Shown here in pieces: positions 56,777 to 64,000 of a stretch of DNA of 64,000 bases (position 1 is the stretch's first letter; each line of letters opens with the position of its first letter). Position numbers and translations under genes: made by a program. This stretch comes from Octopus vulgaris. Its lineage: Eukaryota. The stretch is from NCBI GenBank assembly GCA_951406725.2, contig OX597828.1:43400001-43464000 (forward strand), written 5' to 3'. The notes under the pieces were generated by a model, which saw nothing but the letters and a program-made list of their open reading frames with translations, did not search any database and was not told the DNA's origin.

Positions 56777-58201
56777 CTTATTGACGTTCTGTGTATAAAA
56801 ACACACAACTAAATCAGTAGCAGGCGAAAATGATCCAGCATCGTGTGTGTGTGTGTGTGTGTTTGTGTGTGTGTGTATGCATGTGTGTGAGTATTTATAG
56901 ACCCAATGCACACATGGCAATGTATAGGCAGAATCCGTCGCTAATAACATTTAGAACAGAAGGCGGGTTAAAATATGCTTTCAGCGAATTCATTAACCTA
57001 AACCAGTAAAATCCCCAAATGTATGAAATAAACTAAGAACCCTTAAGAATTCAAGAATCAAATATCTAATGCAAGAATGACCAAAGGGATGAAGTCGATT
57101 ACATCGACCCCAGTGCGTAACTGGTACTTATTTAATCGACCCCGAAAGAATGAAAGACAAAGTCGACCTCGGCGGAATTTGAACTCAGAACGTAACGGCA
57201 GACGAAATACCGCTAAATATTTCGTCCGGCGTGCTAACGATTCTGCCAGCTCGCCGTCCTAAGGCGAAATAAGCATTGTAAGTGGATTTGGTAGACAGAA
57301 GTACGTCTAATATTTAAGTATGTGAGTGTGAGTGTGTGATTTTGTGTGTGTGTGTGTGTGTGCGTGGATGTGTGCGTACGCGTATGTGCATTTGAGTGCA
57401 TGTGTGTGTGTGCGTGTGTGTGTGTGTGTATGTATACATCTTTGTGTCTGAGTTTGACCCCCCCACTACCGCTTGACAACCGGTATTGGTGTGTTTATGT
57501 CTCCGTAAATTAGCAGTTCGGCAAAAGAGACCAATAGAGTAACTTTCAGCCAAAAACAAAAATTAAAAAAAAAACATTGGCGATGCCCCAGCATGGCCGT
57601 TATCTAATGATTGAAACAAGTATAAGATAAGTTATGCAACAGAATCTAAATTACATTAAAATAGACATATAGATAGATTGCGGCAGGATTTTGCCGTAGC
57701 AGGTCTCTGACACTCAGTACGCTGTTCTAGACAGGAAAAAGACACAACCCGTAATCTGAACTAAGGCACCCATGAGAAAATACCCATAGAATAGTTAAGG
57801 CTGTAATGATCTTAGTTGTGTGCTTTGCTTAATTATCCACACACAAAACATTAGGTTATATATATATATATATATGGAAGCACTCCGTCGGTTACGACGA
57901 CGAGGGTTCCGGTTGATCCGATCAACGGAACAACCTGCTCGTGAAATTAACGTGTAAGTGGCTGAGCACTCCACAGACACGTGTACCCTTAACGTAGTTC
58001 TCGGGGATATTCAGCGTGACACAGAGAGTGACAAGGCCGGCCCTTTGAAATACAGGTACAATAGAAACAGGAAGTAAGAATGAGAGAAAGTTTGTGATGA
58101 AAGAGTACAGCAGGGATCACCACCATCCCTGCCGGAGCCTCGTGGAGCTTTTAAGTGTTTTCGCTCAATAAACACTCACAACGCCCGGTCTGGGCCTCCA
58201 C

Positions 58202-58362
<161 letters not shown>

Positions 58363-59257
58363 TATATATATATACTACATCAATGACATGAGAGTACAAA
58401 TAATTTCAAAATAATTTTCGTTGTGAATCCGCCATAGCAGTGTTATACGATGGAAGAATAGTAGACAAAATGAAAAAAAAAAAAAAAAAGAAGAAAAAGA
58501 AAAAGAAAAGAGAAAGAAAAAAAAAGAAGTCTTCAGAGAATCTTCAGAATCTTGTTAAATGATTACGGATATCGTAATTCAAATGTCACTTAGTTCAGTT
58601 TATATTTCATTCATCACATGAATAAAGTCCCGATAATTGGCATCAATCGTTTCGGTTCACAAAATCTCGGCATATGACCAAACATTTCTTGTTCCTTGGT
58701 GAAACTAACTCATCAATTCTCTCATTTATTTTTCTCTGTGAGCAATTCTTTGACGTTAACTAAGAGTAAATTTAATTGATAGAAGAGCCTCAATTTAATC
58801 ATTCAATTATCAGTATTATTTGACATCAATATTACTTTTACTTTACAGTATATATTATGTATATTTATCTCCCGGCACATTTACATATGTATATAACATA
58901 TATTTATATAACATATACGGAATTAAAGGAGATGCACAAATTTTGTTAGCTGAAGTTAATACATCCGCTGAGAAAGATTGCATTCATACAAATAAACATA
59001 GATACATAGATACATAGATACATAGATACATAGATACATACATACATACATACATACATACATACATACATACATACATACATACATACATACATACTGT
59101 ACATACATATCTACATAAATACATAAATGCATACATACGTACGTATACATGTATGAGGGCGATAGATATAGACATGTTCATATATAAACCTACACACACA
59201 AGAACACACATATATACATATATTTATAAACGATTTATTTATTTATATATATACAGA

Positions 59258-59450
59258 CCTCGTGAGTACCACTGGCGATTTTTTCCTCTGTCTTCCCTCC
59301 TTGGGATCTTTCCTTCTCCTATGTTTCCGACGAAGAGCTCCGCTCGAAACGTTAAACCCCCCTTCTTCCCTTATTTCCTGAGCGTCCAATAATACTTTAT
59401 TTGTTCCACGTCCTTGCGTTGTTGTGTTTTTTTGTGTTTTTGTTTGGATT
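59258..59450 (+). mobile_element. pLTR-like element with hammerhead motif at 59323-59357
   Basis: gttt | CCGACGA a | gagc(tcc)gctc | GAAA | cg TT | aaac. Confidence 0.7.
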
Positions 59451-59453
59451 AAC

Positions 59454-59555
<102 letters not shown>

Positions 59556-59774
59556 GCAAGTGTAAGATTGGTGCAATTGAGAGCTTCCTTATAAAAATCA
59601 TAATTGCGCCGGGTCGGCCATGCGTCAGAATGAAAGACGAATGAATATCCAAAGAATTGAGAGTGAGCACAGGAATGTTAGAGACCATTGCTCAGATATA
59701 AGGGTAAGCTGAAGAGTAACCTCTTAGATAAGAAGATAGCTCACAACACCTTCGAGCGAACAGCCTTGGAACGA

Positions 59775-59982
59775 AAAAAAATGAAGGTCGTTTGCAGCAA
59801 AATAGTATTAAAAACTTTGTTGCAACCAGCATTAACAGGCTTAGGGGGAAAGACATTACAGTTCAGTGCAAGTAGAATATTTGCAGCCCCTGTTTTTCTT
59901 TGTCTTTCACCCCTAAGCCTGTTAATGCTGGTTGCAACAAAGTTTTTAATACTATTTTGTTGCAAACGACCTTCATTTTTTT
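59775..59982. repeat. Long inverted repeat (81/82-nt arms, 45-nt spacer)
   Basis: 59775-59855 pairs with 59901-59982 with one G-U pair and one small bulge/mismatch. Confidence 0.92.
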
Positions 59983-60796
59983 ATTCCTTAGCGTCATACT
60001 AATACATCTGTTTGTTTTGTACAGCACCTGTCTTCGTCTTTTGATTTTTTTTCGTAAACTCTCCCTATATATATATTCCAATTTCTATATGTAATCCTAT
60101 ATTTATCAAAATAGAGATTTTGTTTTTCCCACGTACGTATCAGTCAGTGCCATATACCAGTCCAGTGCTTTCCTACTTCCAAGAAGCAATTTACTCTCTG
60201 AAGCAATTTCCACGTCATATCAGACCGAAGGCATGGATGACATCTCTGCGAATCTCATGCTATCGTTGATTTGAATTCTGACTTTGGAACAGATTAACAT
60301 TGACCCCTCCGACTGCAGATCTGCAAAGAAATAAACGATACAACACAATAAACGTAAATAAATAAAATAAAATAAATTAAAACAACAAGAACAGCTAAAA
60401 CAAAGAAGCAACTATTTATTATTAAATAAGAATAAAAGAACGAAAATCAACTTTCATTAAATGGTGGAGGAAAAATATATCGTTCTAGCAAACTTTTTTT
60501 CTTTTTCTTTTTGATTTTTTAGCTATGGCAGGACATTACATGGCTTACATGGGCGCCTTTGTTCTCTGTCTATTTCTCCACACTATTTTGTGTGTGTGTG
60601 TGTGTGTGTGTATGTGTGTCATATATATATGTGTGTGTGTGTGTGTGCGCACGTTTATATATAAATTGAGTGGGAAAATTGACATGTTACAGCCAATCAG
60701 TTTCTACCACTTAAACAGCAGCCGGGTTCTTGAAGGACTGTACCAAAGCCGGTGTTCGGCCTTCATCAGTAATTCGCTTCATTCAAACAGCATCAC

Positions 60797-60856
<60 letters not shown>

Positions 60857-61747
60857 GTATATGTGTTTGTTTTTATATATAATATATATATATATATATA
60901 CACATATATATATATATATACACACATATATGAAGGTATGTATGTATGTATGTATATGTATAATATATATATCTTGTGCATAAACATATGCATATATATA
61001 CTTAAAAATTATAACAGAGATATGTGTGTGTTTATGACACACAGTCGCATACAACGACACACACACACATATATTTGCATATGTATTCATATGTGCACAT
61101 GCATGCTTTTATATTTATATACATATTCGTAATTGTATATATTTCTATACACATGTGCGTGTGTATATGTGTATGTATGCAAGTATGTATGTATGTACGT
61201 ATGTACGTACGTATGCACATATGTATGTATGTGCATTTTGTCATTAATTATTGCATTCATTTTACAGGAGGAGATTTAGTCAAGTCAACCTTGAGTCCTT
61301 ACAACTCTCGTCATCTGTGTTCAGCTGCCAGGTTAATTTGTTTCCATGCGAAGCATGTAATTAAAAGCCATTATAGTTATACTGATGGAGGACTCTGAAA
61401 ATGTCTGAATATGTGGCACCGGCTGCAATATATGCGCCATTTTATGCGTATGTATGTGTGTATGGCTTTATAAGTATCTATGGGTAGCTATGTGTATGTG
61501 TGTATATGTGTCATTCTTCTTATGGAAATGCAGGTGTGTTTGAATGTGTGTGCGTGCGTGTCATTGCATGTGTTGTTATTAATGTGTGTATTTTATTTTT
61601 ATATGCATATATTAACCTGTGCGTGTGTCTGTATTTGCTTGTATGATTGTTTGTGTATATTTGTTCCCTGTGCTTGTGAGTGGTATTTCGATGTTTATGA
61701 ATTCAACAATTCCACAGTATTGATGAGTATTAAAAGAGGGAGAAAGG

Positions 61748-61791
<44 letters not shown>

Positions 61792-62030
61792 TTGACAGAG
61801 AGAGGAAAGACAAAGAGTGATAGGAAGTGTGTGAGGAAGCGATGTCGAAATCGTAGGAAGTTGATAGAATCGCATGTTGGACTACCAGATTTACATGCAT
61901 ATATAAATATATATATGTGCGTGTATGAGTGTGTTTGTGTGTGTATGTGTATGTGAGAGTGTATATGTGTATTAGCGTATGTGGTGTGTACGCGTGTATG
62001 TATTTGTGTACGTATATACGTATACGTGCG

Positions 62031-62062
<32 letters not shown>

Positions 62063-62125
62063 CACGTAGATATATACACATTTATATGCCTGTGCTTGTA
62101 TGTGTAGAAGATATATATATATATA

Positions 62126-62247
62126 TTACCGTGATCACCGTGACCGACCAGGCTATCAGATGTTGTTACACATCGCTGGTCACAATGCGCTTCGCATTGT
62201 TTTAGCCTTGAAATTACCCCACCCCGCTGGCTAAGCGAGCAGGCCAA
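62126..62247 (-). mobile_element. Solo SINE-tail module, second copy
   Basis: Reverse complement of 25768-25886. Confidence 0.75.
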
Positions 62248-62289
62248 TATATATTTAGATTAATATATATATATATATAGAGAGAGAGC

Positions 62290-62326
<37 letters not shown>

Positions 62327-64000
62327 TAGAGGGAGAGAGACAGAGAGAGATAGAGATAGATAGATAGAGGGAAATAGAGATAGAGATAGATAGACAGACA
62401 GATAGAAGGAGAGAGATTGGAATTCGAAAATGATAATAAGAAATCTGTTCAGATGCTTTAGATACGTTTAATATTGGCAAAAACTGAAAATGATATTCTT
62501 GTATAGAAACCTACAGACTCATCCATACAGACAAACATATAAGCGGCTGTGTGTGTGCGTGCGCGCGAGAGTGAGATAATTGCATATGCACTTTCACATA
62601 GGTGAGCACATCATTAACATAATTAATTATAATCTTTTAGGGAAGACAACTCTAGTCAGTGCCCAGCATAATCATACCACTTGTGCAAATTTTTAGTTTT
62701 CGCCGTACCTACGAAAATATCAATGGAAGAAACATTTTGATTTGATAGAAAATACAGAAACATGTATGATATTCACCGGGACCTAATCTCGAGGAATAGC
62801 AAAATGTGAAATGTTGTACTATTTTGGTCTCATGAAAGTGCATCTCTCCATGTCACCCTACCAATCATTTTCCATTTAAGCTATAACATTCTGTCAGGGT
62901 AAACCAATCCATTCTATAGTCACTTCCCCTTTACCTAAACAATTTAAACTAGCATATCAGTTTCTATGGGACCATACAATTTAGGTGGACAACAATGTAT
63001 TCAAAACATAGATAAGAATAATACTGCACAAGATATTTGTTGAATGGTATTTGGGTATACATGGGAGACAACTCTGGATATGTTTCGGTATTATTAGAGC
63101 AACTGAAAGAAGTTTAGTCTTCAACGTCTGAGAGTGGTGTACTTCAGGCTTGTTAGCATGCTTTTACCTGTATACATTAAAATGGAAGATTGTGTACTTT
63201 TTTACGTGGTAGGTGGTGGAAGTTGCGAGCGTCTTCATACCACAAATTTTCGAGACTGGTTGGTACTAGAATCATCAGTTATCGGTGTCAGAACACAAAG
63301 TTACGGGTATCGAACTGCGTCTCGTCTGACGCACTAACAGATCTACCAAAGCACCGCTCTGGTGTAATACATTTATATCGATCGAGGACAAGTGAAGTCG
63401 GCGTTAACGGGATTTGAACCCGAGCGCCTGGTGTAATAACAAATAGATAATATATAACGCCATGTATTCTTTTTAACAACTCTGCCACTTAACTGCTGCG
63501 GATTTCAAGATATTAATACGATTTATTAAGAACCATTAAAATATGTATATAAATTCAAAATTACAAAAATATATAGGATATTGCCTTTGGCTGTGTGGTA
63601 ACATGGTTCCGGGTTCAGTCCCACTGCGTGGCACCTTGGGCAAGTGTCTTCTGCTATAGCCTCGGGCCGACCAATGCCTTGTGAGTGGATTTGGTAGACG
63701 GAAACTGAAAGAAGCCTGTCGTATATATATATGTATGTGTGTGTATGTGTTTGTGTGTCTGTGTTTGTCCCCCTAGCATTGCTTGACAATCGATGCTGGT
63801 GTGTTTACGTCCCCGTCACTTAGCGGTTCGGCAAAAGTGATCGATAGAATAAGTATTGGGTTTACAAAGAATAAGTCCCGGGGTCGATTCGTTCGACTAA
63901 AGGCGGTGCTCCAGCATGGCCGCAGTCAAATGACTGAAACAAGTAAAAGAGTAAAGAGTAAGAGTATACCTTATATATTTTAGTTACTGGGCTGCGGCCA

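Noticed and set aside
60660-60797. CTGATGAAGG on the minus strand followed by a gccg/cggc hairpin
   Set aside because: No GAAA after stem II, so a hammerhead cannot be completed; possibly a decayed PLE end
62135-62200. HDV-like double-pseudoknot reading of the tail module
   Set aside because: No catalytic C or P1.1, the P2 pairing is lost in the 25768 copy, and simple hairpins explain it

Overview
AT-rich, microsatellite-saturated animal DNA. The SINE families point to an octopus genome (inference). There is no intact long gene, and nearly all ORFs in the track are translated (TA)n/(CA)n/(TATG)n/trinucleotide repeats. The window contains four kinds of real content. (1) Penelope-like elements (PLEs) of three types: a young 5'-truncated Neptune-type RT+GIY-YIG copy (10768-13020), a decayed Poseidon/Penelope-type copy (25920-27627) and relics of a YRDDG-type PLE. 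(2) About 10 minimal type-I hammerhead ribozyme motifs in several unrelated short non-coding PLE-end (pLTR-like) families. These show C3-G8, U3-A8 and G3-C8 core variants and inverted end duplications, and most sit in (TA)n. (3) A PLE end module of tRNA-like head + (AAT)n + hammerhead that also occurs alone, like a PLE-mobilised SINE (40568-41006). (4) Three tRNA-derived SINE families, an RTE 3' fragment with TSD, two non-autonomous Helitrons, MITEs, a SINE-derived tandem array and an 81-bp foldback. Phase-compatible minus-strand exon candidates (16061-29824) may encode the C-terminal half of a divergent GPCR. All structures were read by eye; no folding or database searches were run.
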